Below, in pieces: positions 1-10,096 of a stretch of 64,000 bases of DNA (its first letter is position 1; each line of letters begins with the position of its first letter). This DNA comes from an uncultured bacterium. GTDB lineage: Bacteria; Krumholzibacteriota; Krumholzibacteriia; JACNKJ01. The DNA lies in assembly GCA_963695095.1 (NCBI GenBank), contig CAVOFT010000001.1:640001-704000 (forward strand). Direction: 5' to 3'. Under the pieces are notes generated by a model. That model had not been told where the DNA came from. It saw nothing but the letters and a program-made list of their open reading frames with translations, and searched no databases. The translations under genes were made by a program, and so were the position numbers.

Positions 1-1276
1 GTTCCTGGCCTTCGGACTCACCGACGAGCGTAGCTGGCGGCTGGCAATGGTCGTCGCCGGCGTGGCCTGCCTGCTTACAGGCCTTGCCTACCGCAAGTTC
101 ACCACCGACCTGCCTGACGGGAACTTCAAGGAGCTGCGCGCACGCGGAGAGCTGTCGACGCCGCAGAAGAACAAGGGGGCCTTCCTCGAGGCGGCCAAGG
201 ACTACCGCGTCTGGGCGCTGTTCCTGATCTACGCGGCCTGCTTCGGCATCGAGCTGACGATCAACAACGTCGCCGCCATCTACTACATGGACTACTTCTC
301 GCTGGGGCTGAAGACCGCCGGCCTCGTGGCGGGGCTGTTCGGACTGATGAACATCTTCGCGCGCACCCTCGGCGGCTTCATCAGCGACCGCTTCGTGCGC
401 AAGGGCGGGTTGAAGGGCCGCGTGCGCTGGCTCTTCATCGCCCTCTTCGTCGAGGGCATCGCCCTGCTCTTCTTCTCCCAGATGCGGGTCATCGCGCTGG
501 CGATTCCGATGATGATCGTCTTCAGCCTGTTCGTGCAGATGTCGGAGGGTGCGACCTACTCGGTCGTCCCCTTCATCAACCGGCGGGCGCTGGGGGCCGT
601 GGCCGGGATCGTCGGCGCGGGGGGAAACGTGGGCGCCGTCAGCGCCGGCTTCCTGTTCCGCTCCGAGAGCCTGAGTTACCCGCGCGCATTGATGATCCTG
701 GGTGGCTGCGTGGTGATCGTCGCGTTTGCTGCCCACATCGTCCGCTTCAGGCCGGCGGAGGAGGCCGCGGCCGCCGCTGAGTTCAAGCTGGCGATGGCCC
801 GCCGCGCCGAGGAGCAGAAGCAGCAGGTGCCCCTGCGGGATCTCGTGCCGGGCATCAAGCACGTCCGGCCGATGGATGCGCTGCGCATCTACCTGGGGAT
901 CGCGCTCGTCATCAAGGGGATCTACTTCATCACCAACATGTCCGAGCTGGAGGCGAACCTGAGCGAAGGCCTCGGGCTGGGGCAGACGATGATCGCCTGG
1001 TCCGTCGTGTTCGCGCACGTCATCGCGGGGGCCAGCCTGGCGCTCGGCTTCGTCACGCGCGTGGCTGCCGGGGCGAACGCCATCATCCTGCTTGGCGCGA
1101 CGGTGATCAGCCTCTGGAGCAACGCGGCGGGGGGGCTGATCGTGGCGAACACGGACTTCCAGTTCACCCTCTTCATCTTCTTCACGCTCCTGCTGCTGGT
1201 CTGGCGCGGCTCCGGCCCCTTCTCGCTGGATCACCTGCTGCGCATCGACGCGGAGAAAGAGCCGGAGTTTCTCTAA
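1..1276 (+). CDS. NarK/NRT2-type nitrate/nitrite MFS transporter (5'-truncated by window edge) fused to a C-terminal DoxX-like membrane domain
   Basis: YAACFGIELTINN, FGLMNIFARTLGG and QMSEGATYSVVPF..AGIVGAGGNVG are nitrate/nitrite porter signatures. The last ~135 aa (LRIYLG..LALGFVTR..GSGPFSLD) look DoxX-like. Confidence 0.85.
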   Translation, partial: FLAFGLTDERSWRLAMVVAGVACLLTGLAYRKFTTDLPDGNFKELRARGELSTPQKNKGAFLEAAKDYRVWALFLIYAACFGIELTINNVAAIYYMDYFSLGLKTAGLVAGLFGLMNIFARTLGGFISDRFVRKGGLKGRVRWLFIALFVEGIALLFFSQMRVIALAIPMMIVFSLFVQMSEGATYSVVPFINRRALGAVAGIVGAGGNVGAVSAGFLFRSESLSYPRALMILGGCVVIVAFAAHIVRFRPAEEAAAAAEFKLAMARRAEEQKQQVPLRDLVPGIKHVRPMDALRIYLGIALVIKGIYFITNMSELEANLSEGLGLGQTMIAWSVVFAHVIAGASLALGFVTRVAAGANAIILLGATVISLWSNAAGGLIVANTDFQFTLFIFFTLLLLVWRGSGPFSLDHLLRIDAEKEPEFL

Positions 1277-1384
1277 CCCGGGGCCTCCCAGACGCTGTCG
1301 CGACGACCCGGGTCGTCGAGGCCGACGGCGGAGGCGCTGACGCGCTTCGAGCGAAAGTAAGCAACCAAGTCGGGATTGCGGCCC

Positions 1385-1429
1385 TTGACAGACCATGATT
1401 AGCTGGTAATATAACCAGTATCTTCTGGT
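1385..1429 (+). promoter_or_regulatory. sigma70 promoter overlapped by two ACCA-N8-TGGT palindromes (probable autoregulatory operators)
   Basis: TTGACA 1385-1390; TGG-TAATAT 1404-1412; palindromes at 1392-1407 and 1414-1429. Confidence 0.75.
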
Positions 1430-1441
1430 CGAAAGGCGATC

Positions 1442-1777
1442 GTGCGAGGAAGCAAGCAGAAGCTGCTCGGCAGCCGGCGGCGCACGGAGACGCTCATGCT
1501 GCTCGCCCTGCTGGGGGAGAGCCATCCGAGTGAACTGGCCGCGCTGCTGGGGGCTCGGCTCTACTCCGTGCAGACCATCTTGGCCGGCCTGGAGGCCGAG
1601 GGCATCGTGGTGAGCCGACTCATCGGGCGGACACGGCGGACCGAACTCGATCCGCGCCACTACGCCCACCGCGAGCTCAGGGCGCTACTGCTGCGGCTCG
1701 CTCAGGCTGAGCCGACCCTGCAGGAAGCGGCGGCGGCACGGCGCAGCCGGCCGCGCCGCCAGGGCAAGGCACAGTGA
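1442..1777 (+). CDS. Winged-helix DNA-binding protein, putative antitoxin/autorepressor
   Basis: 111 aa; HPSELAALLG..VQTILAGLEAEGIVVSRLIGRTR fits a wHTH pattern; GTGA overlap with the next gene. Confidence 0.7.
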   Translation: MRGSKQKLLGSRRRTETLMLLALLGESHPSELAALLGARLYSVQTILAGLEAEGIVVSRLIGRTRRTELDPRHYAHRELRALLLRLAQAEPTLQEAAAARRSRPRRQGKAQ

Positions 1778-2304
1778 GCATCGAGGCTGACAGCAGCCTG
1801 CGCGAAGTGGCCTTCAGCGTCTGTACTGCGCTCCATCAAGCGAGCATCACGGCAATCCTCACCGGCGGCAGCGCAGCGACCGTCTACGCCGCTGGGGCCT
1901 ACCAGTCGCGCGATCTCGACTTCGTGCTCAGCTTCGCCGCCCCCGGAGGCGGGGCCGTGCTCGCGGCTCTCGGCTATCGGCTGGTCGGCGGCACCTATCA
2001 GCACGCCGTCAGTCCGTTGACCTTAGACTTTCCGCCCGGCCCGCTCATGGTGGGCGGCGATCTCGTGAGTACATGGGATACCGTGCGCGATGGCGAGCGC
2101 CTGCTGCACATCCTCAGTCCGACGGATTGCTGCCGGGATCGCCTCGCTGGTTTCCTCTTCTGGAACGACCGCGGGAGCCTGGCCCAGGCACTCGCCGTGG
2201 CCCGCGCCGAGCGGCCCCGCATCGATCTCGATGTCGTCCGCGACTGGTGCGAGCGGGAGGGGCAACTCGCGAAACTCAGGGAATTCGCCGCCGAGCTGGG
2301 CTAG
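1774..2304 (+). CDS. Nucleotidyltransferase-fold protein, putative type IV/VII toxin (AbiEii/MenT-like)
   Basis: LTGGSAA..SRDLDF is the G[GS]..DxD motif of pol-beta-type NTases; coupled to the wHTH gene. Confidence 0.65.
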   Translation: MSIEADSSLREVAFSVCTALHQASITAILTGGSAATVYAAGAYQSRDLDFVLSFAAPGGGAVLAALGYRLVGGTYQHAVSPLTLDFPPGPLMVGGDLVSTWDTVRDGERLLHILSPTDCCRDRLAGFLFWNDRGSLAQALAVARAERPRIDLDVVRDWCEREGQLAKLREFAAELG

Positions 2305-2424
2305 GGAATCGAGCCCCCCTTCCCATTGGCGTGTTGCGGGGTCTCTGCCGGGGCGCAGCTGGGCGCTCCCTGGCCAGAACCGTGCTATAATCAGTCCGTC
2401 CGCGTCATCGGGGAGGGGATCGGC

Positions 2425-3684
2425 GTGCGCAGACTCCCAGTCCTCCTGTCCTGCCTCGTGCTCACCCTGGCGATTGCCGCTCCGGCAGCGAGCGCCGCGC
2501 CGCGTCTCACCGGCGACACGGTGGACGACCCACTCTGGTTCACCGGCATCCCCGCCGAGCTCAGCGGCAACACCTGCGGCTTCGCGCAGGACTACCCGGA
2601 AATGTGTCCCTACGGGAGCATGGCGCCCGATGTGGTCTACGCCTACGAGGCGCTGGAGTCGATGGTGCTGGACTTCTCCCTCTGCCTCTCCGCCTACGAC
2701 ACCAAGATCATCATCTACGAGAATGCCGTCACGTCGGGGAACCCCCTCGCCTGCAACGACGACTGGTGCAGCGGCCCCTCCGGGACCTACCGCTCGCATC
2801 TCGAGGATGTGCCCTTCCAGGCGGGCAACACCTACTACATCGTCGTCACCGGCTACGGCCAGGAGTGCGGCGACTACCTCCTGCAGATCGAGCCGACCGG
2901 GCCCTGCGGCCTCGACTGGCCGAACGGCGCCCAGGCCGAAGGCGAGCCCGACTGCGGCGACGACTACGTCGACACCTACAACAGCGGCTGCAATGCCCCG
3001 GCCCACGCCTTCCAGGTGCTGGAGCCCTACTGGAACCTGGTCCAGGTGGCGGGCAGGAGCGGCACCTTCCTCGGCGGCGGCAATCCCAAGCGGGACAGCG
3101 ACTGGTACCAGATCACGCCCACGGCCGGCAGCGAGCTGGAGATCAGCTGCACGGCCGAGTTCCCGCTGCAGCTCTACTTCATCGACGGCACGGGCGGCTG
3201 CGGCGACATGGTGGAACTGGGCGCCGCCACGGCCCCGGCTTGCGGCACCGCGTTCGTGGCGGCCACCGTGCCCGCGGGCATCTACTGGATCTGGGTCGGC
3301 CCCCAGGACGGCAGCAGCGTTCCCTGCGGCAGGACCTACGCGCTCACCATCGACGGCTACGACAGCAGCAGCACGGGCGTCGCCGAGCCTGGCGAGCCCG
3401 CGGCGGCAGCGCTCACGCTGAGCAGCCTGCCCAACCCCGCTCGCCATGGCGCCACGCTGCACTACGCGCTGGCCGAGCCCGCGCAGGTGCGTGTGGCGAT
3501 CTACGACATCGCCGGCCGCCTGCGGCGCAGCCTCGTGGAGTCCAGCCCGCAGGGCCGCGGGCCGCAGGCCTGCGTCTGGGACGGCAGGGACGATGCGGGC
3601 GCCGCCCTCGGCGCGGGCGTCTACCTCGCCAGGCTCGAGGCCGGCGAGCGCGTGGTCACGGCCAAGCTCGTCCTGCTGCGCTGA
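2425..3684 (+). CDS. Secreted Cys-rich protein with C-terminal FlgD-Ig/T9SS-like domain
   Basis: GTG start after GGGAGGG; signal peptide; C-terminus PNP..YDIAGRLRRSL..WDGRDDAG..GVYLARL..KLVLLR; extended -10 TGcTATAAT at 2383-2391. Confidence 0.8.
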   Translation: MRRLPVLLSCLVLTLAIAAPAASAAPRLTGDTVDDPLWFTGIPAELSGNTCGFAQDYPEMCPYGSMAPDVVYAYEALESMVLDFSLCLSAYDTKIIIYENAVTSGNPLACNDDWCSGPSGTYRSHLEDVPFQAGNTYYIVVTGYGQECGDYLLQIEPTGPCGLDWPNGAQAEGEPDCGDDYVDTYNSGCNAPAHAFQVLEPYWNLVQVAGRSGTFLGGGNPKRDSDWYQITPTAGSELEISCTAEFPLQLYFIDGTGGCGDMVELGAATAPACGTAFVAATVPAGIYWIWVGPQDGSSVPCGRTYALTIDGYDSSSTGVAEPGEPAAAALTLSSLPNPARHGATLHYALAEPAQVRVAIYDIAGRLRRSLVESSPQGRGPQACVWDGRDDAGAALGAGVYLARLEAGERVVTAKLVLLR

Positions 3685-3711
3685 GCGAGAGCGTCCGCCT
3701 GCCGCACCTGC

Positions 3712-4860
3712 CTAGCGCGCCAGCGCCTTGGCGGCAGCGCCGCGGCCCAGTTCCGTGAGATGGAGCCGCGCGTCCGCCCGCGTGACGAGCCCCTGCCGCT
3801 CGGCCAGCGCCACGACGCGCGCCGTGAAGGCCGGAGTCCAGCCCACGTGGCGCCCCTGCAGGTGGTCCACGCGCGACTCCTCCTCCTCGTCGGCGTCGCC
3901 CTCGTGCTGGGCGAGGTGGATGGCCAGCATGGTCTGCGCGAACTCCCACTTCTGTCGACGCCGGCGCCGCAGCTCCGCCAGCAGGCCGCGCCGGGGCGCG
4001 ATCAGGAAGACGACCCCGAACACGACCCCGCTCGCCACGGCCATGCAGCCGGCGATCGAGGCGTCGAGCAGCACGGCGGCGCCATGGCCGAGGGCCGCGC
4101 CGAGGGCGCCCAGCAGGGAGGCCACGGCCAGCAGCCAGGGCAGGCGGTCGGTGAGCAGGTAGGCTGCGGCCGGCGGCGCGATCATCAGGGCGACGAGCAG
4201 GATCAGCCCCACGGCGTCGAAGGCGCCCACCGCCGTCAGCGAGACCAGGGTCATCAGCCCGTAGTGGATGAGCACCGGCGAGAGGCCGAGGGTGGCCGCG
4301 AGCCCGGCGTCGAAGGTGGCGAGCTTGAGCTCCTTGAAGAAGATCGTCACCGCCGCCAGGTTGAGCAGGGTGATGCCGCTCATCACCCAGAGGTGGCGCG
4401 GGCCGAGGTCGCGCCCGGCCACGATCAAGCGGTCGAAGGGCGCGAAGGCCAGCTCGCCCAGCAGCACGGCGTCCGTGTCCAGGTGCACGTTGCCCGCGTA
4501 GCGCGTGATCAGCACGATGCCGAGGCTGAAGAGCGCGGGAAAGACCAGGCCGATGGCCGCGTCCTCCTTGAGCCGGCCGCGTCCGGTGCAGCAGCTCGAC
4601 GAGCACCACGGTGAGCACGCCCGTGGCCGCGGCGGCCAGGATCAGCCAGGGCGAGCTGAGATCCTTGACCACGAAGAAGGCCAGCACGATGCCGGGCAGG
4701 ATGGAGTGACTGATGGCGTCGCTGAGCATGGCCAGCCGGCGCAGCATGAGGAAGGCGCCCACCAGCGCGCAGCCGACGGCGGTGACCATGGCGATGGCGA
4801 GGATCTCCAGCTGCGGCGTGCTGAAGGCCAGGCCAGCGCTGGGCTCGCGCTCATGCTCAT
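3712..4860 (-). CDS. Mn/Zn/Fe ABC transporter permease (MntD/TroD-like); frameshifted in assembly
   Basis: GAFLMLRRLAMLSDAISHSILPG and AFDAVGLILLVALMIAP occur in different frames; indels near 4580 and 4830. Confidence 0.8.
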
Positions 4861-6015
4861 GGCAGGCCCTCGCTCGGCGCGGCGCTCTCCTGCGCGCCGG
4901 TTCGGCGAGCTGCCGTCCGGCGTCACGCCGGCCGGCGTGAGCCGCCAGCGGCCGTCGGCGTCTTCGCGCGCGAGGCCGGCCCCGGCGAGCTGACCGAGCG
5001 AGCGGCGCACGCCGTGGCGCTCGCTCATCGCGCGCAGCACCGCGGCCGCGTGCGGCGCGGCCTCGGGCTCGGGGTGCTGGGCGGCCAGGCGGTAGAGGTC
5101 GGCCAGCACGGCGTCCACCTGCAGGCGCCGCCGCTGCCGGGCGGCCCGCAGCCGCCCCGCCACCAGCCCCCGCCGCGGCGCGAAGAGCAGGGAGAGCACC
5201 GCGATCGCCGTGATCGCGAGGACGATGGTCGGCCCCGTGGGCAGATGCGCGACGAGGCTGCTGAGCACGGCGCCCACCAGGCCCGCCAGCGCGCCGAAGG
5301 CGCCGGCCAGCAGCACGAGGCGGCCGAGGCGGTCGGTCCACTGGCGCGCGGCGGCGGCCGGCGCCACGATCATGGCGCTCATCAGCACGACGCCCACCGT
5401 CTGCAGGCCGATGACGATGGCCACCACCAGCAGGCGTCGTCAGCAGCACGTCCAGCCGGCGCACGGGGAAGCCGAGCGAGCCGGCGAAGGCGGGGTCGAA
5501 GCTGAGCAGCTTGAATTCCTTCCAGAAGCAGCAGCGAGCGACGCCAGCACGAGCGGCGCCCAGCCCGGCCATGGTGACCAGGTCCGTCGCCCACCAGGGC
5601 GGCGGCCTGGCCGAAGAGGAAGCGGTCCAGGCCCGCCTGGCTGGCGCCGGCGCGTGCGCTGGACGAGGGAGAGCAGCACCAGGCCGAGGCCGAAGAAGGT
5701 CGAGAGCACCAGGCCCAGGGCGGTGTCCAGCTTGATGCGGCGTGGTGCGCACGACGAGCAGCACGAGCAGGGAGGCCAGCCAGCCGGCCAGGGCGGCGCC
5801 GAGCGACGAGGACGAGCGGCGCCTTGCTGCCGGTGAGCAGGAAGGCGAGCACGATGCCGGGCAGGGCGGCGTGGCTCACGGCATCGCCCAGCAGGCTCTG
5901 GCGCCGCAGCACGGCGAAGGCGCCCAGCGCGCCGCTCACGAGGCCGAGGGCGGCCGAGCCCAGCGCCACCGTGCGCAGGGTGTAGTCGGTGACGAGGTCG
6001 GCCGAGCAGGCTCAT
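4857..6015 (-). CDS. Mn/Zn/Fe ABC transporter permease (MntC/TroC-like) with C-terminal winged-helix-like tail; frameshifted
   Basis: [23 protein letters not shown] and [25 protein letters not shown] across frames. Confidence 0.8.
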
Positions 6016-6882
6016 GGCCGGAGTCCGCCCGGTAGGGCCGCGGTCGCGATCGTCGCGGGTCGCCGGCGCGGGTCGGCGCGGGTCGGCCGGGGCCTTGCGC
6101 TGCAGGAAGTCCACGCGGCCGCCGTAGGCCAGGCGCAGGTTCTCCGTCGGTGAAGACCTCGGCCACCGGCCCGCAGGCGATGCGCCGCACGTTGAGCAGG
6201 GTGACCCAGTCGAAGTACTCGGCCACGGTCTGCAGGTCGTGGTGCACGACGACCACCGTGCGGCCCTGGCTCGCGCAGCTCCTTCAGCAGGTCGACGATG
6301 GCCCGCTCGGTGCGCGGCGTCCACGCCCTGGAAGGGCTCGTCCATGAAGTAGACGCTGGGCGTCCTGGACCAGGGCGCGGGCCAGGAAGACGCGCTGCTG
6401 CTGGCCGCCCGAGAGCTGGCTGATCTGGCGGCGCGCGGAAGTCGGCCATGCCGACCTTCTCGAGCGCGGCCAGGGCCGCCTCGCGCTCGCGGCGCCCGGG
6501 CCGGCGCAGCCAGCCGAGGCTGCCGTAGCGGCCCATCATCACCACGTCGAGCACGGTGGTGGGGAAGTCCCAGTCCACGCTGCCGCGCTGGGGCACGTAG
6601 CCCACCAGGCGGCGCTGCTCGGCGTAGGGCTTGCCGTGGATCGCGCACGTCGGCCGGCGGCCGGTGGGCACCAGGCCCGAGGATGGCCTTGATCAGGGTG
6701 GTCTTGCCGGCGCCGTTGGGGCCGACGATGGCCATCAGCGCGCCGGCGGGAACGCTCGACGTCGACGTCCCAGAGCACGGGCCGCTCGCGGTAGGCGACG
6801 GTGAGGTCGGTGACCTGACGGCGGCTTCGCCGGCCTCGGCGCCCGGCTGCATGCAGAAGGTCTCGCTCTCAGGCGTGGACAT
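6012..6882 (-). CDS. Metal ABC transporter ATP-binding subunit (MntB/TroB-like); frameshifted
   Basis: Walker [33 protein letters not shown] and VVHHDL. Confidence 0.85.
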
Positions 6883-6893
6883 GGGCCTCCTTG

Positions 6894-7844
6894 CTAGCGG
6901 TCGCTGCTGTCCCCGCCGAGGGCCGCCACGATGGTGTCGACGTTGTGGCGCACCATGCCGAGGTAGGTGCCGGCCGGCGTGCCGGCGTCGCCCATGGCGT
7001 CCGAGTAGAGCTCGCCGCCGATGGCCACCTCGACGCCGCGGGCGCGCACCGCCGCCAGCACGGCCTCGATGGCCCGCGGCGAGACCGAGGTCTCGACGAA
7101 GAGGGCGGGGATCCGCCGCTCGGCGATGAAGGCCGCCAGGTCCTGCACGTCGCCGGTGCCGGCCTCGGTCGCGGTGCTGATGCCCTGCAGGCCGCGCACC
7201 TCGAGGCCGTAGGCGCGGCCGAAGTAGTTGAAGGCGTCGTGGGCGGTGATCAGCACGCGCCGCTCGGCGGGAATGCGCGCGATCTCGCTGCGCAGCTCGG
7301 CGTCCAGGGCTTCGAGCTCGCTGCGATAGGCCGCGGCGCGCTCGCGGTAGCCGGCGGCGTGGGCGGGGTCCAGCTGGCGACGAGGGCCTCCTCCACCGCG
7401 CCCAGGGCGTAGAGCCAGAGCCGGACGTCGAACCAGACGTGGGGGTCGTGCGCGCCCTCGAACTCGGGCGGCGCGAGCAGCAGCGACTCGGGGATCGCCG
7501 CGGCCACGGCCACGCTGCGCCGGCCGCCGTCCATGCGCTCGAGCACCTCGCCCATCTTCGCCTCGAGGTGCAGGCCGTTGTAGAGGATCGAGGTCGGCGC
7601 TGCGCAGGCGCTCGACGTCGCCCGCGCTGGCCTTGTAGAGGTGGGGGTCGATGCCGGGGCCCATGAGCGTGGTGACGCGCACGCGCTCGCCGCCGACGCG
7701 CGAGGCGAGGTCGCCCACCTGGCCCGTGGTCGCGACCACCTGCAGGCGGCCGTCGGCCGTCCCCTCGCCGCCGCTCTTGCCGCAGGCGCCCATCAGCGAG
7801 AGCGCCAGCAGGGCGGCGGCCAATCCCCAGTTTGCCATCCTCAT
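6894..7844 (-). CDS. Metal ABC transporter substrate-binding lipoprotein (MntA/TroA-like); frameshifted
   Basis: Lipobox MGAC; GPGIDPHLYKA, DPHVWFD, TAHDAFNYFG and GGELYSD. Confidence 0.88.
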   Translation of the reverse strand: MRMANWGLAAALLALSLMGACGKSGGEGTADGRLQVVATTGQVGDLASRVGGERVRVTTLMGPGIDPHLYKASAGDVERLRSADLDPLQRPAPRGEDGRGARAHGRRPAQRGRGRGDPRVAAARAARVRGRARPPRLVRRPALALRPGRGGGGPRRQLDPAHAAGYRERAAAYRSELEALDAELRSEIARIPAERRVLITAHDAFNYFGRAYGLEVRGLQGISTATEAGTGDVQDLAAFIAERRIPALFVETSVSPRAIEAVLAAVRARGVEVAIGGELYSDAMGDAGTPAGTYLGMVRHNVDTIVAALGGDSSDR

Positions 7845-7887
7845 CCTCGCTCCTCCTCGGGCAGACTAGCGCCGGCGGGCGCGGTCG

Positions 7888-8349
7888 TCACGCATTCGCT
7901 GCGGGCCGGCAGGCGCGCCTCGCCCGCGGGATCGGGCTGCCGTGGGGGTCCCGCTCCGGCCGGCCCAGCCAGCGGTCCAGCCGCTCGACCACCTCGTCGG
8001 AGAGGGCGTGCTCCAGGCGGTGCGCCTCCGCGTGCACGCGATCCGGCGACAGGCCGAGGGTGTTGACGAGGAAGGTCTCGACCAGGCGATGCCGGCGCTG
8101 CACGGCGAGCGCCAGGGTGCGGCCCTTGCGGCTCAGGAGGGCGCCGCGATAGGGCCGATGCTCGACGAGCCCTTCGCGGGCGAGGGTCTTGAGCATCCCG
8201 GTGACCGAGGCCGGGGCCACGCCCAGGCGCTGGGCCAGCGCGCTGGTGTTGACCGCGGCGCCGCCCTCGCCCAGCCGCAGCAGGGCGGTCAGGTAGTCCT
8301 CGCGAGCCTCGTTGCTGGGGGGAATGGTGGGCTCCTCGGCAGGGGGCAC
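7888..8349 (-). CDS. DtxR/MntR/TroR-family metal-dependent repressor (short form, no FeoA domain)
   Basis: EDYL..GVAPASVTGML..RRHRLVETFL..EAHRLEH..DPHGSPIP. Confidence 0.92.
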   Translation of the reverse strand: MPPAEEPTIPPSNEAREDYLTALLRLGEGGAAVNTSALAQRLGVAPASVTGMLKTLAREGLVEHRPYRGALLSRKGRTLALAVQRRHRLVETFLVNTLGLSPDRVHAEAHRLEHALSDEVVERLDRWLGRPERDPHGSPIPRARRACRPAANA

Positions 8350-8352
8350 TGA

Positions 8353-8407
8353 TTTAGGTACGCCTAAAACGAAGTCGCAATCTAGCGCCCGACCGGTAGG
8401 CTGTCAA
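8353..8407 (-). promoter_or_regulatory. Promoter of the metal-uptake operon with a DtxR-family operator
   Basis: Minus-strand TTGACA (8402-8407), 17 bp, TAGATT (8379-8384); palindrome TTTAGG-TACG-CCTAAA at 8353-8368, just upstream of the GTG start. Confidence 0.8.
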
Positions 8408-8467
8408 GCAAAGCCGCGCGCACCCGAGGGCGCGCGCGGCGGGAGTGAGCGAAGAAGGCGCGGGGCG

Positions 8468-9094
8468 CTAGAAGGGCTCGGGCACCTCGAGCGATTCCTC
8501 GGCCAGGATCTGGATGGTGAGCCAGAGCTTCCAGGTGAAGACGATGGGATCGCCCGTGTCGGGGCTGGGATCGACGTTGCCGTTCTCGATGCGGAGGGTC
8601 AGCACGGGCAGCTCGCCGTCGAGGAAGCCGTTGAGCGCATCGTTGATGGCGCCGACGCCTTCCACCTCCAGGATCTGGGCAACACGCTCGCCCAGCACCT
8701 CGGCCACGGACTGCTGATCGTAGTTGACCAGGGGCAAGAAGCCGCCGGCGTCGCTGGACGAGTCGATGGTGATCTGCCCGCTGATCAGCCAGTCCTCGTG
8801 CGTGGCGGGGACCGTGAAGGCGGTCACGCCGTATTCGACGCCCACCACGAAGACGCTGTCGATGTCGCTGGTGCTGAGGCCGGCATCCTCGATCAGCTCG
8901 GCGATCTTCCCGGTGAGATCGATGACGGTATCTTCCTGATAGACCTCATTGGTGTCGTTGTAGCTGAACTCGACGGACGTCTCGCCCGTGAGCACCAGCT
9001 CGATCACCTTCTCCTCCATCAAGCAGCTCGACAGCCCCCCGACGAGGAGCGCCGCCAGGAGGAGGGACGGCAGGTAGCGCAAGATTGCTTTCAT
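8468..9094 (-). CDS. Acidic lipoprotein of unknown function
   Basis: Signal peptide with lipobox LSSC; AGGA-type RBS; 9 bp downstream of the barrel gene. Confidence 0.8.
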   Translation of the reverse strand: MKAILRYLPSLLLAALLVGGLSSCLMEEKVIELVLTGETSVEFSYNDTNEVYQEDTVIDLTGKIAELIEDAGLSTSDIDSVFVVGVEYGVTAFTVPATHEDWLISGQITIDSSSDAGGFLPLVNYDQQSVAEVLGERVAQILEVEGVGAINDALNGFLDGELPVLTLRIENGNVDPSPDTGDPIVFTWKLWLTIQILAEESLEVPEPF

Positions 9095-9103
9095 GGTTCC
9101 TCC

Positions 9104-10027
9104 TTAGAAGCCCAGGTTGCCCAGGGACAGGCCGAAGTGGAAGCTGTTGCTGCCGGCGATGCTGTAGGCCGTCGACAGGTTGACCACCTTCAGGTTGAGC
9201 CCCAGGCCCAGCGTCAGGTGGAGGTTCGTGGTCTTCTCGAACTCGAGGTCGATCACGTCCTCGTTCTCCTGCGTGTACTGCACGTCCATCGAGAAGGTGT
9301 CCAGGCTCAGGCCCACGAAGGGCTCGGCCGAGACCACGGCGCCGAAGCGCTTGCTCGCCTGGGCGCCGATCGAGAAGGCGTTGGTCGCGATCAGATCTTC
9401 GCCGTTGCTGTTCTCGCCGATGTTGAAACGCTGCCACAGGAAGCCCGCCGCGAGGTTGAACTTGGGCGCGGGCATGTACTGGGAGAGGCTGTGGCGCAGG
9501 CCGATGCCGAGCAGGTCCACCTTGCCCAGCTCGGAGTCGCCGGCCTCGAAGGAAGCCCAGCGGATCAGGGCCTCGCTGCCCATCACTCCGCCGACGCGGA
9601 GCTGCGGCACGATGAGGGCGAAGGAGTTCAGATCCAGGCCACCGGGGAAGGCGAACTGCGCGCCACCGTCACCCTCGACGATGACCGCCCCGCCGTCGCC
9701 GACGACGGTGGGCGCATTGGCGGTGCTGGCCGGAGAGAAGCCCCCCTCCGTGGAGGCGCGGAACTCGCGGTCCTCGTCGGCGAAGTAGAGGCCCATCAAG
9801 CGCACCTCCAGGCCGACGCGCAGCGCCGAGCGCGGAATGTGCGCTGACGCGAAGGCGCCGTCGTTCAGCGTCGCGCCCAGGGCGTCGGCCAGAGGCTGCA
9901 GATACCCGGTGGCGTTCTTGCCGGTGTAGGCCGAGAGCTGGTCTTCGATCTGGGCGACGGCCGGCGCCGCGGCGAGCATCAAGAGGATGCCGGTGGCCAG
10001 AAGCCGTCGCGGGGTTGGACAATGCAT
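9104..10027 (-). CDS. Outer-membrane beta-barrel protein (DUF6588-like)
   Basis: Signal peptide; GYLQPLADALGATLN; alternating beta-strand pattern; terminal Phe. Family recognised from memory. Confidence 0.7.
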   Translation of the reverse strand: MHCPTPRRLLATGILLMLAAAPAVAQIEDQLSAYTGKNATGYLQPLADALGATLNDGAFASAHIPRSALRVGLEVRLMGLYFADEDREFRASTEGGFSPASTANAPTVVGDGGAVIVEGDGGAQFAFPGGLDLNSFALIVPQLRVGGVMGSEALIRWASFEAGDSELGKVDLLGIGLRHSLSQYMPAPKFNLAAGFLWQRFNIGENSNGEDLIATNAFSIGAQASKRFGAVVSAEPFVGLSLDTFSMDVQYTQENEDVIDLEFEKTTNLHLTLGLGLNLKVVNLSTAYSIAGSNSFHFGLSLGNLGF

Positions 10028-10080
10028 GGCTGCCTCCTCGCGGGGGGCAGGGCCCGCCGCCTGGTTAGTAGCGGGATGCT

Positions 10081-10096
10081 AGCAGTCGCCATGCCG
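10081..10096 (-). promoter_or_regulatory. Putative sigma54 (-24/-12) promoter
   Basis: Minus strand CGGCATGGCGACTGCT has GG-N10-GC; 53 bp upstream of the ATG at 10027, with an AT-rich tract further upstream. Confidence 0.55.

Noticed and set aside
1301..1318. 18-bp perfect palindrome CGACGACCCGGGTCGTCG after the transporter gene
   Set aside because: Single GC-rich copy with no U-tract; probably a terminator-like or chance hairpin.
3712..7844. Pseudogenisation or programmed frameshifting of the metal ABC operon and other broken genes
   Set aside because: Many scattered indels without slippery sites or nonsense decay, with promoter and operator intact; assembly error is more likely.
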